Assembly (NCBI GenBank): GCA_964456165.1
Contig: CAYWBJ010000133.1
Location: forward strand, 23,764 to 87,763
DNA length: 64,000 bases
Direction of reading: 5' to 3'
Origin: an uncultured Gemmatimonadaceae bacterium
GTDB lineage: Bacteria; Latescibacterota; UBA2968; UBA8231
Shown here: piece by piece, positions 29,591 through 38,488 of the stretch
How positions within the stretch are numbered: position 1 is the first letter of the stretch
How the letters are laid out: each line of letters starts with the position of its first letter
The notes under the pieces: model-generated
What the model was told of the DNA's origin: nothing
Databases searched by the model: none
What the model saw: the letters and a program-made list of their open reading frames with translations, nothing else
Made by a program: the position numbers and the translations under genes

Positions 29591-30961
29591 ATGCCGCTGG
29601 AAACCTGGATCATGCAAAGCAGCTGGGCGTTCCTCGACGACTACCCCGCCGACTCCTTCATCGACAAGATGGAAGAAGCCGGCGCCCACCACCTCGCCAT
29701 CGGGGCACCCTTTCCGGCAGCCCCCGATCCCGGCCACTACGGAGGCGCTATCGCGGGCTGCCCGGTGCCGGCGGCGGTGGCCGACCGGAAGGCCGTGATC
29801 GACGCGTTTCTCGATGCGGCGGCGCGGCGCTCGATCCACCTCTACGCCTACGGCGCGAATCCCCACATGAGCGGCGACAAGGCGGTATACGACCAGCTGC
29901 CCAATAAGCACGTGCTCCATGCCGACGGCTCCCGCCGCGGCGTCGACAGCTACTGGGGTGCCTGCTGCAACGGCGCCGAGTTCCTACCCTATTACCTGGG
30001 CCGGGTGCGGGACATTCACGCCGCCTATCCGCAGATCGAGGGATTTCTCAACGATGGCCCGGAGTTCGGTTACGAGATCGCCTTCGATTTCATGGCCGAC
30101 AACCTCAATCTCTTCAGCTGCTTCGGCTCCTGCTGCGCCGCTCGAGCACGCCAGCTGGCGTGCGATTTCACCGTATTCGAGCGGGCGGCCCTCGACCTAC
30201 ACGGCTGGTTCCGCGCGATTGCCGCGCCCGATATCGAACGCGCGCTCGATCACCCCGGAGATGCAGCAGCAGGGCTGGCCGCCGCCGCCGGCAACGAAGC
30301 AATCGCCGCCTGGCTCCGCTTCAAGCAGGATGCGGTCGTGAGTCACATCGAGCGCCTCTGCGCCGGCGTGAAGGCAGTCGATCCACGGCTGCAGATGGGC
30401 GTCGGCTCCCGGCTGCCCGCCTTTACGCCGTTGACCGGGTACGACCTGACGCGGCTGGCCGCCGCCGCCGACTTCCTGCTGCCCAAGATCTACCTGTGGA
30501 TGGGGGGCGTCGACGGCCTCTACGGCACCGTCTACCGCTGGGTTCGGACACTGCGGGAGTGGAATCCCGGCATCGCGGAGGAACTGCTCTTCCGCTTCGT
30601 CTATGGACTATTCGGGTTCGAGCTGCCGAGCGCGCGCAGCCTCCTGGAGCTGACGCGTCACGTCGAGCCCCGGTTCGCAGATCGCACCGAACTCACCTCT
30701 CTTGGCGCGCCGTTTCCTGCCGACTTCTTCGCCGGCGTCGTGGCTGCCCAGGTGCGGGCGATGATCGACCAGGTCGGCGAGCCTGCCAGGGTGCGGCCCT
30801 GGCTCCACACCCATCACGGCGGCCGGGCGCTCACCCCCGACGAGATCGACAAGACCCTCGCCGCAGCCACTGCCGCCGGCATCGAGACCTACCTAAACTA
30901 CAACCCAATCGAGCCCGGCAACTGGGAGGTTGCGGTCAAACACGGGAGAAGAGAGGAATGA
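29591..30961 (+). CDS. hypothetical protein, possibly glycoside-hydrolase-like TIM barrel with Cys cluster
   Basis: Start at ATG 29591 (MPLETWIMQ), 7 nt after the upstream stop. The Cys cluster ACCNG...FSCFGSCCAARARQLAC is reminiscent of the C-x-C-x-x-C region of GH42-like barrels. The functional call is weak. Confidence 0.6.
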   Translation: MPLETWIMQSSWAFLDDYPADSFIDKMEEAGAHHLAIGAPFPAAPDPGHYGGAIAGCPVPAAVADRKAVIDAFLDAAARRSIHLYAYGANPHMSGDKAVYDQLPNKHVLHADGSRRGVDSYWGACCNGAEFLPYYLGRVRDIHAAYPQIEGFLNDGPEFGYEIAFDFMADNLNLFSCFGSCCAARARQLACDFTVFERAALDLHGWFRAIAAPDIERALDHPGDAAAGLAAAAGNEAIAAWLRFKQDAVVSHIERLCAGVKAVDPRLQMGVGSRLPAFTPLTGYDLTRLAAAADFLLPKIYLWMGGVDGLYGTVYRWVRTLREWNPGIAEELLFRFVYGLFGFELPSARSLLELTRHVEPRFADRTELTSLGAPFPADFFAGVVAAQVRAMIDQVGEPARVRPWLHTHHGGRALTPDEIDKTLAAATAAGIETYLNYNPIEPGNWEVAVKHGRREE

Positions 30962-31119
30962 GAATCATCATCATCGGCTGCGAACAGGCCGGCAAGGCTA
31001 CCCTGAGCGCCGGAATCCGCGACTGGCTGCTGGAGACGATGGGCACCTGCGAGACCAGCTTCCACGACCACTTCCTCCCTGGAACCCGCACGGCGGCGGC
31101 AGCAAGGCCGAGAAGGTGA
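30958..31119 (+). pseudogene. P-loop NTPase N-terminal fragment (53 codons)
   Basis: ATGA-coupled to the upstream gene. MRIIIIGCEQAGKATL is a Walker A beta-strand plus loop. The frame stops at 31119, another frame continues only to 31181, and the DMT gene starts at 31224. Confidence 0.35.
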
Positions 31120-31223
31120 GACCGATGCTCGGCGCCGAAGATCGGCTGCGCATGCTCGCTCACCGTCAGCTGACCCCCTGACGTTCCGGCTTCCGTAATT
31201 CGCCGCGACTTGCCCGTATCCGC

Positions 31224-32138
31224 ATGACGGAGAGAAACGTCCCGGACCGGCCGTTGCGCGGCATCGTCCTAGTGCTGGTCGCCGCCCTGCTGTTCGCCTG
31301 CATGGACGGGGTCAACAAAAGTCTGGTCGGCACCTACTCTACCGCCCAGATCCTCTGGATCCGTTATCTCTTCCTCCTCCTCTTCGCTCTGGCCGTTGCC
31401 CGCAGGCGCGGCCTGCGCACCGTCATCAGCTCGGCCCGAGTCGGCCTGCAGGTGGGCCGCTCCCTGCTTCTGATCCTCGAGAAGGCTGCCTTCGTCCTGG
31501 CCTGGTCCTACCTCACCCTCGCGGACACCCACGCCATCGCCGCCATCTCGCCGCTTATCGTCACCCTTTTCGCCGGCCTGCTCCTGCGGGAGCGGATCGA
31601 GCTGTCCCGCACCCTGGCAGTGGCCGCCGGCTTCGTCGGCGTGATGCTAATCATCAGGCCGGGCATGGGGGTGATGAGCTACGAAGCGCTGATCCCGTTG
31701 GCCGCCGCTGCCCTCTTCGCGGCCTATCAGCTGATGACCCGCGCCGCCAGTCGCGGCGACGAAGCCGACACCAGTCTGCTCTACGTCGCCCTGGTCGGCA
31801 CCGTCGTGCTCACCGCGATCGGTCCCTTCTCCTGGTATGAGCCGACACCAGCCGACTGGGCTCTGCTGCTCCTCGTCTCGGTGCTGGGAGCCGGCGCCCA
31901 CTTCTGCCTTATCGCGGCTCTGAATTACGCCCCGGCCTCGACCCTGCAGCCGTTCGGCTATTCCCTCTTCCTCTGGGCCACCGTGGTGGGCTTCATCGGC
32001 TTCGGCAATCTCCCGGACCTGTGGACCATGACCGGGGGCGCCGTCATCATCCTCAGCGGCCTCTACGCCATCCGGTCCGAGCACCGAGGGGCCGTCATCG
32101 ACGGCGGCGCGAAACCGCTCCGCAACGACAGCCACTGA
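31224..32138 (+). CDS. DMT-superfamily (EamA) transporter
   Basis: Ten hydrophobic segments and a typical EamA N-terminus (GIVLVLVAALLFACMDGVNK). Confidence 0.85.
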   Translation: MTERNVPDRPLRGIVLVLVAALLFACMDGVNKSLVGTYSTAQILWIRYLFLLLFALAVARRRGLRTVISSARVGLQVGRSLLLILEKAAFVLAWSYLTLADTHAIAAISPLIVTLFAGLLLRERIELSRTLAVAAGFVGVMLIIRPGMGVMSYEALIPLAAAALFAAYQLMTRAASRGDEADTSLLYVALVGTVVLTAIGPFSWYEPTPADWALLLLVSVLGAGAHFCLIAALNYAPASTLQPFGYSLFLWATVVGFIGFGNLPDLWTMTGGAVIILSGLYAIRSEHRGAVIDGGAKPLRNDSH

Positions 32139-32187
32139 GCTGCGGGCAGCCGTTGCGCCACCTCGCTCCGCGGAATCGCGCACGCGC

Positions 32188-32216
32188 TTGACCAGCCATT
32201 CGTCTGCGGTTATCTC
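32188..32216 (+). promoter_or_regulatory. sigma70-like promoter candidate TTGACC-N17-TATCTC
   Basis: -35 at 32188-32193 and -10 at 32211-32216. It lies 33 nt upstream of ATG 32249, which is preceded by AAGGTGG. Confidence 0.35.
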
Positions 32217-32248
32217 CTAACTCCGCACCAACCGCAAGGTGGAATGGA

Positions 32249-32998
32249 ATGGATACCCTCACCGGCAAAGTCGCCATAGTCACCGGCGGCGCTTCGGGCA
32301 TCGGCCAGGCCGTAGCCGAGGTCTTCGCCGCAGCCGATCTCGCCGGCCTGGTGATCGCCGACGTCGATGGAGCAGCCGGGACCGCCGCAGAGATTAAGTC
32401 CCGTTTCGCCACCGACGCCATAGGCATCACCACCGATATTTCCGACAGCGCCCAGGTGGGCGCCATGGTGGACGGGGCGGTCAGGCGATTCGACCGGATC
32501 GATATCCTGGTGAACAACGCCGGCATCGCGCCGATGGTCGAATGGGACGACGTGACCGAGGAGAACTGGCGCCAGGTTCTGGAGGTGAATCTCAACGGCG
32601 CCTTCTACTGCATCCTGGCCGTGTTGCCGACCATGCGCCGGCAGCAGGCCGGCCGCATCGTCAATATCTCCTCAGTCGGCGCCTTCGTCGGCAGTGTCAC
32701 CGCCCATCCCGCCTACGGTGTCTCCAAGGCCGGGATGATCGCCATGACCAAGTCGCTGGCCAAGACCTATGCTCACGAAGGGATCCTCGTAAACGCCATC
32801 GCGCCGGGCAGCTTCGACACGCCGCTGGCGCGCTCATTCGGTGAGGAGTGGGTGCAGCGATACGCCGACATGTCCCCACTCGGGCGGCAGGGCACCCCGA
32901 GGGAGCTCGCCGACGCCGTGTTCTACCTGGTATCCGATCGTTCCACCTACGTCACCGGAGCCACCTTGCACGTCAACGGCGGCTCGCTGCTGGTCTAG
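32249..32998 (+). CDS. SDR-family oxidoreductase (FabG-like)
   Basis: VAIVTGGASGIG, NNAG and YGVSKAG motifs. Confidence 0.9.
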   Translation: MDTLTGKVAIVTGGASGIGQAVAEVFAAADLAGLVIADVDGAAGTAAEIKSRFATDAIGITTDISDSAQVGAMVDGAVRRFDRIDILVNNAGIAPMVEWDDVTEENWRQVLEVNLNGAFYCILAVLPTMRRQQAGRIVNISSVGAFVGSVTAHPAYGVSKAGMIAMTKSLAKTYAHEGILVNAIAPGSFDTPLARSFGEEWVQRYADMSPLGRQGTPRELADAVFYLVSDRSTYVTGATLHVNGGSLLV

Positions 32999-33012
32999 CC
33001 TCAGGAGTGTCC

Positions 33013-33426
33013 ATGGCCAAATACGTCAACTGCATCATCGACCCGCAGGAAGTGCTCAAGTGGCAGGCACCCGATGGTTCGCGGGAAAACCAGCCGCTGA
33101 TCACCCAGGACATTTGCGGCGCCGAAACCTGCCTGGCCGGACTCTGGTCCATCCGCCCCGGTCTTCAGTGCGCCACCGACATCCACAACGACGCCGATGA
33201 ACTGTACTACGTCGTGGCTGGAGAAGGGGAACTTAGCCTGGACGACGAGGTCTATCCGGTGCGGGAGGGCATGACCATTTTCATCCCCAGGGGGGTAAGC
33301 CACCGGACGCGCAACACCGGCGACACCGACCTGACCTACTACTGGGTCTTCGCTCCGCCGAGCCGGGAGACCAGCCGACCGGAAGCCGAAGGCTGGAAGA
33401 AGATCGAAGCTCCGGACCGGGTCTGA
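33013..33426 (+). CDS. cupin-domain protein
   Basis: 137 aa from ATG 33013. HNDADELYYVVAGEG...IFIPRGVSHRTRN are cupin motifs 1 and 2. Confidence 0.8.
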   Translation: MAKYVNCIIDPQEVLKWQAPDGSRENQPLITQDICGAETCLAGLWSIRPGLQCATDIHNDADELYYVVAGEGELSLDDEVYPVREGMTIFIPRGVSHRTRNTGDTDLTYYWVFAPPSRETSRPEAEGWKKIEAPDRV

Positions 33427-33679
33427 TTCCCGGACGAACCTGCACCGCCTCGGGGTCTGCTGCCTTTTGTCTCGCCCTGTCGGGAACCGACTGCCTCTCC
33501 GTCGACGCTTTTGCCAGTACCACTTACAACCCGGCCCAGCTTGGCCGACTGCACGCCCATCGCCGATTTCGAGTCCGGTCGCGCCCTTCCAGAGCTGAGC
33601 CTTGGCTCCGCCGGCGGAGCCGTAGGCGCCGCGACATTCCTGTGGTGGTGGGACCACCTGATCGCGAGGTACGACTGAT

Positions 33680-35851
33680 ATGCACACCGGCGACAACTGG
33701 ATGAAGCTGCGCAGCCACGAAAAGGATCTCTCCGGGGCGTTCGCCAGGCCCTTCCCGGTGGGTGTCGAGTACTACCGACCGCCCACCCCGCTGCCCGAGT
33801 TCTGGGACGAGGACTTCCGCCGCATCAGCGGCGCCGGAATGAGCATCGTGAGAGCCTGGTACTGCTGGAACTGGGTAGAGACCATGCCCAACGTCTACGA
33901 GTTCGACGACCTTGATCTGCTGTTCGACACCGCCGCCAGGCACGGCCTCAAGATCTGGGTCGACTCGCCTTTCGGCACCCACATGGCCTGCCCGGCCTGG
34001 ATGCTGCGGGAGCATCCCGAAATGCGGGTGATGCTGCGGGACGGCAACTACCAGCAGGATCGCGCAGGTGCTTTCGCCCCCCACGGCGCGATGACCCACA
34101 ACTTCGACCATCCCATGTGGCGCGTGTACACCGAGCGTTACCTGCGCCAGTTCGTGCCGCGTTACAAGGACCACGAGGCAATGGGTATCTGGGGCACCTG
34201 GGACGGCATCAGCACAGCCGGCGCCTGGACCGGCACCGACTCCTATCCCCCCTACATCGACTACACCATCGCCAAGTACAAGGACTGGCTCTACGAGCGC
34301 TTCAGCCTCGACGGGCTGAACAAGCGCCTGTTGCGGCGCTACCGTTCGTGGGAAGACGTGGACGCGCCGCGCAGCAAGGATGTCCCGGTCGAGTTTCACC
34401 TCTGGAACCGCTTCCACTACGAGAACATGGCCGATCATCTCGGCTGGATGGCCGACCTCATCGACCAGCTCGACGGCGGCCACGAGCAGCGTTCCCACGG
34501 CGGCTCCTACCCGGCGGCACGGCACGAGCTCATCAGCCCCTTCATCGACAGCTGGGGGCTGTCTCACCACGCCTCCAACCGGCTCACTTCCGACGACCCC
34601 TATTCGGTCGGCTACGAGGCCTACGGCTTCCACTGGTGCCGACAGATGGGCCGCGGCAACCGCTGGTGGAACGAGGAGATCTACTCCAACTTCGTCGGCG
34701 GCCTGCACCCGGTCGAGAAGAAGACGATCGCCCAGGAATCGGCCCTGATGATCTGGCTCACCCTGATCGAAGGGGGTGCAGGCGCCATGTTCTGGCAGTA
34801 CCGGCCGGAGTATATGACCTATGAGGCACCCGGTCTGAGCATCGCCGCCCTGGACGGCGAACCGACCGAGCGTTTCGTCGCCGCCCGCGACACCATCGCC
34901 GCCATCGCCAGGATCGAAGACCACCTGCCCCTGGCGATCCCGCAATCCGACGTCGCCATCGCCTACAGCGGCCCCAGCGACGACCAGTTCGACTTCAACG
35001 ACATGAGCACTGCCTTCGTGCAGCGCCACCGCGCCATGTACAGCGCCCTCTGGCCGCTGAGCATATCACCAGACCTGGTCACCCCCACGATGGACTGGTC
35101 CGGATACCAGCTCGTCTACCTGCCCAACTTCGCCCTGCTTGACGACGTCGCCCTGGCCGCCATACGTCCGATCCTCGAATCAGGAAGCGGCCCGCACATC
35201 GTCGCCGACGGCTACTTCGGCACGTTCTCGGAGAAGGGCCACTGGAGCTGGAAGCCGCCCCATGGCCTCGGCGACCTGATCAGCTGCCGCATCGCCGACT
35301 TCGACGTGGTCAACAGCTACGACACGGCCGCCGGCCGCAACATCGTCGAGATGGAGTGCGGCCGATTCGAGGTTCCCACGGGCACCACCTATTACATCCT
35401 CGAACCGCAGGGCGACTGGGAGCCGGTAGCCACCATCAACGGCGACGTGGCCGGGGTCCGCTCCGCCGACGGCCGCTTCACCTGGTACAGCTTCACCCTC
35501 GGCGCCACCTCGTCGTCGAACGTCAGCGGCCAGCCGACGACGCCGGCACCGGTTGCCGCCGTGCATCCCGACGTCGCTGCGGCCCTTCTCGCGACAGCGG
35601 GAGTGGCGGCACCCATGCGAATCGACGGAGACCGCGTCGTCGCCTACCGCCGGAGCTCGTGTGCCGGCGGCTCCCTGATATTCCTGATCAACGTCGAGGA
35701 CCGCGTCGCCCGAACACGGATCACCCCGGGGTGGCCGGTGGGCAGCGCCACCGACCTGGTGCGGGGCAGCGACCTGCCCATCGCAGGGGGCGCGTTCGCC
35801 ACCGAGCTCGGCTTCGGTGAGGTCGTCGTCATCCACTGCACCGACGGCTGA
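33680..35851 (+). CDS. GH42-family-like beta-galactosidase homolog
   Basis: VGVEYYRPPTP...FWDEDFRRISGAGMSIVRAWYCWNWVE...YEFDDLDLLFDTAARHGLKIWV matches the GH42 N-terminal barrel. The canonical N-E-Y acid/base and Cys cluster are not evident (see findings). An alternative start is ATG 33701. Confidence 0.75.
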   Translation: MHTGDNWMKLRSHEKDLSGAFARPFPVGVEYYRPPTPLPEFWDEDFRRISGAGMSIVRAWYCWNWVETMPNVYEFDDLDLLFDTAARHGLKIWVDSPFGTHMACPAWMLREHPEMRVMLRDGNYQQDRAGAFAPHGAMTHNFDHPMWRVYTERYLRQFVPRYKDHEAMGIWGTWDGISTAGAWTGTDSYPPYIDYTIAKYKDWLYERFSLDGLNKRLLRRYRSWEDVDAPRSKDVPVEFHLWNRFHYENMADHLGWMADLIDQLDGGHEQRSHGGSYPAARHELISPFIDSWGLSHHASNRLTSDDPYSVGYEAYGFHWCRQMGRGNRWWNEEIYSNFVGGLHPVEKKTIAQESALMIWLTLIEGGAGAMFWQYRPEYMTYEAPGLSIAALDGEPTERFVAARDTIAAIARIEDHLPLAIPQSDVAIAYSGPSDDQFDFNDMSTAFVQRHRAMYSALWPLSISPDLVTPTMDWSGYQLVYLPNFALLDDVALAAIRPILESGSGPHIVADGYFGTFSEKGHWSWKPPHGLGDLISCRIADFDVVNSYDTAAGRNIVEMECGRFEVPTGTTYYILEPQGDWEPVATINGDVAGVRSADGRFTWYSFTLGATSSSNVSGQPTTPAPVAAVHPDVAAALLATAGVAAPMRIDGDRVVAYRRSSCAGGSLIFLINVEDRVARTRITPGWPVGSATDLVRGSDLPIAGGAFATELGFGEVVVIHCTDG

Positions 35852-35896
35852 CCCCACACCTGGGGCAGTCCTGTCAATCTGGAGAAGGTTTAGACT

Positions 35897-37117
35897 CTAG
35901 CTCTCGGCCGGGTCGCCGCAGCGCCGGGACAGGTGGGCGAGCCAGCGCCGCAACCGCCCTCTCGAGCGGTCGACCGCGGTCGACCGCGCCGCCTCGATCG
36001 CTGTCGCGCGATCCGCCGCCACTGCTGCCGCATCTGTCTCGCCGAGTTCGCCCATTACATCACCGAGGGCCCGCCAGGCGGACGCGTCCGCCGAATCGAG
36101 CTCGACGACCTTTTCGAGCGGGATCCTCGCCTCGCCCGCGCGGCCGAAGAAAAGCAGGGTGACGCCCACGCCGAACAGCCCGTCGAGGTGGTCTGGAGCC
36201 AGCACCGTCGCCTGCCGATAGGCCTCCAGCGCCTCTCGCTGGCGTTCGAGATCGAACAGCAGATCGCCCTTTCCCGACCAGGCGTCGGCAGCATTCGGAT
36301 CGAGAATCAGCGCGAGGCGAAAGGCGCCAAGCGCCTCTGTCGCATATCCCAGCTCCCGCAGGACGCACCCTTTGCCCTGCCAGTTCGCGGCCACCGTCGG
36401 ATCCAGGTCGACGGCCCGCTCAAAGGCCTGCAGTGAATCCTCGTCGCGCCCGAGCCAGTAGAGGGCGAATCCCCTGCCGCGCCACGCATCCACCAGCTCC
36501 GCGTCCAGATCAAGCGCCCGCGCGAAGGAATCCAACGCCTCCTCCAGGCGATTTACCTCGCTCAGCGCCCGACCCCGGGCCACCCAGTACCCCGCTTCGT
36601 CAGGGGCCAGCTCAAGCGCCCTCTCGAAAGCGGCTAGCGACTCGTGGATGCGGTCAAGGGACAACAGCACCTCGCCCCTCACCTTGTGCGGATACGGGTC
36701 GCTCGGATCGATCGCCAGGGACCGGTCGTAGCACTCCAGCGCTTCCTGGCGGCGCCCCAGATCGAAGAGGGCGTTGCCGCGACCGGCCCAGTGGTAGGGA
36801 TCCTGCTCATCGATGGCGATCGCCCGGTCGTAGGCATCCAACCCATCGGCCGGACGCTCCAGAATCACCAGCACGTTGGCGCGGCCGTTCCACGGATACG
36901 GATCTTCCGGGTCGAGCTCGATGGCACGGTTATAGGCGTCGAGCGCCTCCTCGAAGCGATCCAGATCCTCCAGCGCGTTGCCCTTCCCGTTCCAGGGTAC
37001 CGGGTCGGTCGGGTCGAGCACGATCGACTGCTCGTAGAGGGCGAGGGCCTCGTCGATGCGGCCCTGGTCCATGAGCGCGTTCGCCCGGTTGTTGCTCTTG
37101 CCCGCTTCCTCGTTCAT
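35897..37117 (-). CDS. TPR-repeat protein (about 11 TPRs)
   Basis: Start set at ATG 37117 (MNEEAGK). There is a regular 34-aa periodicity with D-P-x-D-x-x-x-W-x-G-(K/R)-G-x-x-L...EAL-x-x-(Y/F)-x-R-A. Confidence 0.85.
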   Translation of the reverse strand: MNEEAGKSNNRANALMDQGRIDEALALYEQSIVLDPTDPVPWNGKGNALEDLDRFEEALDAYNRAIELDPEDPYPWNGRANVLVILERPADGLDAYDRAIAIDEQDPYHWAGRGNALFDLGRRQEALECYDRSLAIDPSDPYPHKVRGEVLLSLDRIHESLAAFERALELAPDEAGYWVARGRALSEVNRLEEALDSFARALDLDAELVDAWRGRGFALYWLGRDEDSLQAFERAVDLDPTVAANWQGKGCVLRELGYATEALGAFRLALILDPNAADAWSGKGDLLFDLERQREALEAYRQATVLAPDHLDGLFGVGVTLLFFGRAGEARIPLEKVVELDSADASAWRALGDVMGELGETDAAAVAADRATAIEAARSTAVDRSRGRLRRWLAHLSRRCGDPAES

Positions 37118-37298
37118 GCCAGGGACGAAAGTACCTGCCGGTCGCCGGGTCAAGCGGCGGCGCCACACCGCGCCCGCCGGCCTAGCTCTGGTTGCTGTTG
37201 CCTGAGGCTGCCCCGCCGTGTTGACACGGCCCCTGGCCACGAGCTTCTTCCATCCGGCCAGGAAGGAACCAAACGCCGGAGAGGAGGCCCGATCGACC

Positions 37299-37658
37299 AT
37301 GGACGCGGCGATCGCCGAGTGGCTCGAGGGCACCCGCGCCAAGCTGGCGGCAGGCAACCTGGCGGAAGCCGACCTCGAGGGCATCCTCCAGCGGTCCCGC
37401 CAGCAGATCCTTGATCTCTGCGTCAAGCCGCCCAACATGCGCGCGCCCATCTCCAGCTGGGCGCGCTTCGATCCCAGCGCGCCCCACGAGCCGACCTTGC
37501 CCGACCAGGAGCCGCCGTACCCGTCGGTGCTGGAGGCGATGGACACAGGCTGGCGCGTGGCGCAGTGCCCCATTGCCAAGCTCTACCGGTTCTCCAACTC
37601 CGACGACGACGACCTCGGCTTCGAGTTAGCCCTCGAAAAGCAGGCTGGAGAACCATGA
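37299..37658 (+). CDS. hypothetical small protein (119 aa)
   Basis: ATG 37299 is preceded by GGAGAGGAGG. Its TGA overlaps the ATG of the next gene (ATGA at 37655-37658). No family was recognised. Confidence 0.5.
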   Translation: MDAAIAEWLEGTRAKLAAGNLAEADLEGILQRSRQQILDLCVKPPNMRAPISSWARFDPSAPHEPTLPDQEPPYPSVLEAMDTGWRVAQCPIAKLYRFSNSDDDDLGFELALEKQAGEP

Positions 37659-38488
37659 GTCTCATCGACCCGACGCTCGACGATGCCGGCGTCATGGATT
37701 TCGTCAGCCGAGGATACGTTCAGCTCGACGGCGCGGTCGCCGACGAGTTCAACCAGGTCTGCGCCGCCTTACCCGGCGGCGGCCTCCGCGATTTCTCGTG
37801 CACCCCCCGGTTCCGCCGCGAGCTTCTTCTCCACCCGCAGGTAACCGGGGTCGCCCGGTCGGTGCTAGGTGAGGACTTCCTCGTCGCCGACTCCGCCCAT
37901 CACCACTTGTTCGAAGAGCCCCACGTCGGCCAGACCTGGCACTCGGACGGAATCAGCGAGCGCGGTCACGGCATCCACCATCTCCAGTGCTATTATTACC
38001 CCCAGGACGTGGGGCCCGCAGACGGTCCGACGATGGTGCTGCCAGGCTCGCACCACCGCCTCATCGATCGCGAGGCGATCGCCCACTACGGCGACATCCT
38101 CGGTCAGCGCTCGCTGACCGTCCCGGCCGGCACAGTGGTCCTCACCCACTACGGCATCTGGCACAAGGCCGGCCCCAAGCTGAGCCGGACGCGCCGCAGC
38201 ATGATCAAGTTCAGTTACTTTCGCACCGCCGCACCCGTCCGCGACTGGCGGAACGCCAGCGGCGAGCCGCCGCCCTTCGACCACGGCGATGAGGCCCGTC
38301 ACCCCTACGCCGGCGAGGTCGAATTCTACCGGGACATGAGCCGTCGGCTGCGCATGTGGCACTGGCTCTGCGGCATCGATCCGCCCGGGGATCCCGCCCG
38401 CGGTGCCAAGCTCTTCGTCGCCGCCAGCCCGCTCCGCGACGTAGTTGTCGCTGCCGCCGCCGCCGACCCGGCCGGGGGCAACCGCTGA
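37655..38488 (+). CDS. phytanoyl-CoA dioxygenase (PhyH) family protein
   Basis: GQTWHSDG (H-x-D), VLPGSHH and GIWHKAGP. Confidence 0.85.
   Translation: MSLIDPTLDDAGVMDFVSRGYVQLDGAVADEFNQVCAALPGGGLRDFSCTPRFRRELLLHPQVTGVARSVLGEDFLVADSAHHHLFEEPHVGQTWHSDGISERGHGIHHLQCYYYPQDVGPADGPTMVLPGSHHRLIDREAIAHYGDILGQRSLTVPAGTVVLTHYGIWHKAGPKLSRTRRSMIKFSYFRTAAPVRDWRNASGEPPPFDHGDEARHPYAGEVEFYRDMSRRLRMWHWLCGIDPPGDPARGAKLFVAASPLRDVVVAAAAADPAGGNR

Noticed and set aside
37221-37226. Perfect TTGACA -35 hexamer upstream of the small ORF/PhyH unit
   Set aside because: No acceptable -10 lies 16-19 nt downstream (cttctt or ttcttc), so it is not called as a promoter.
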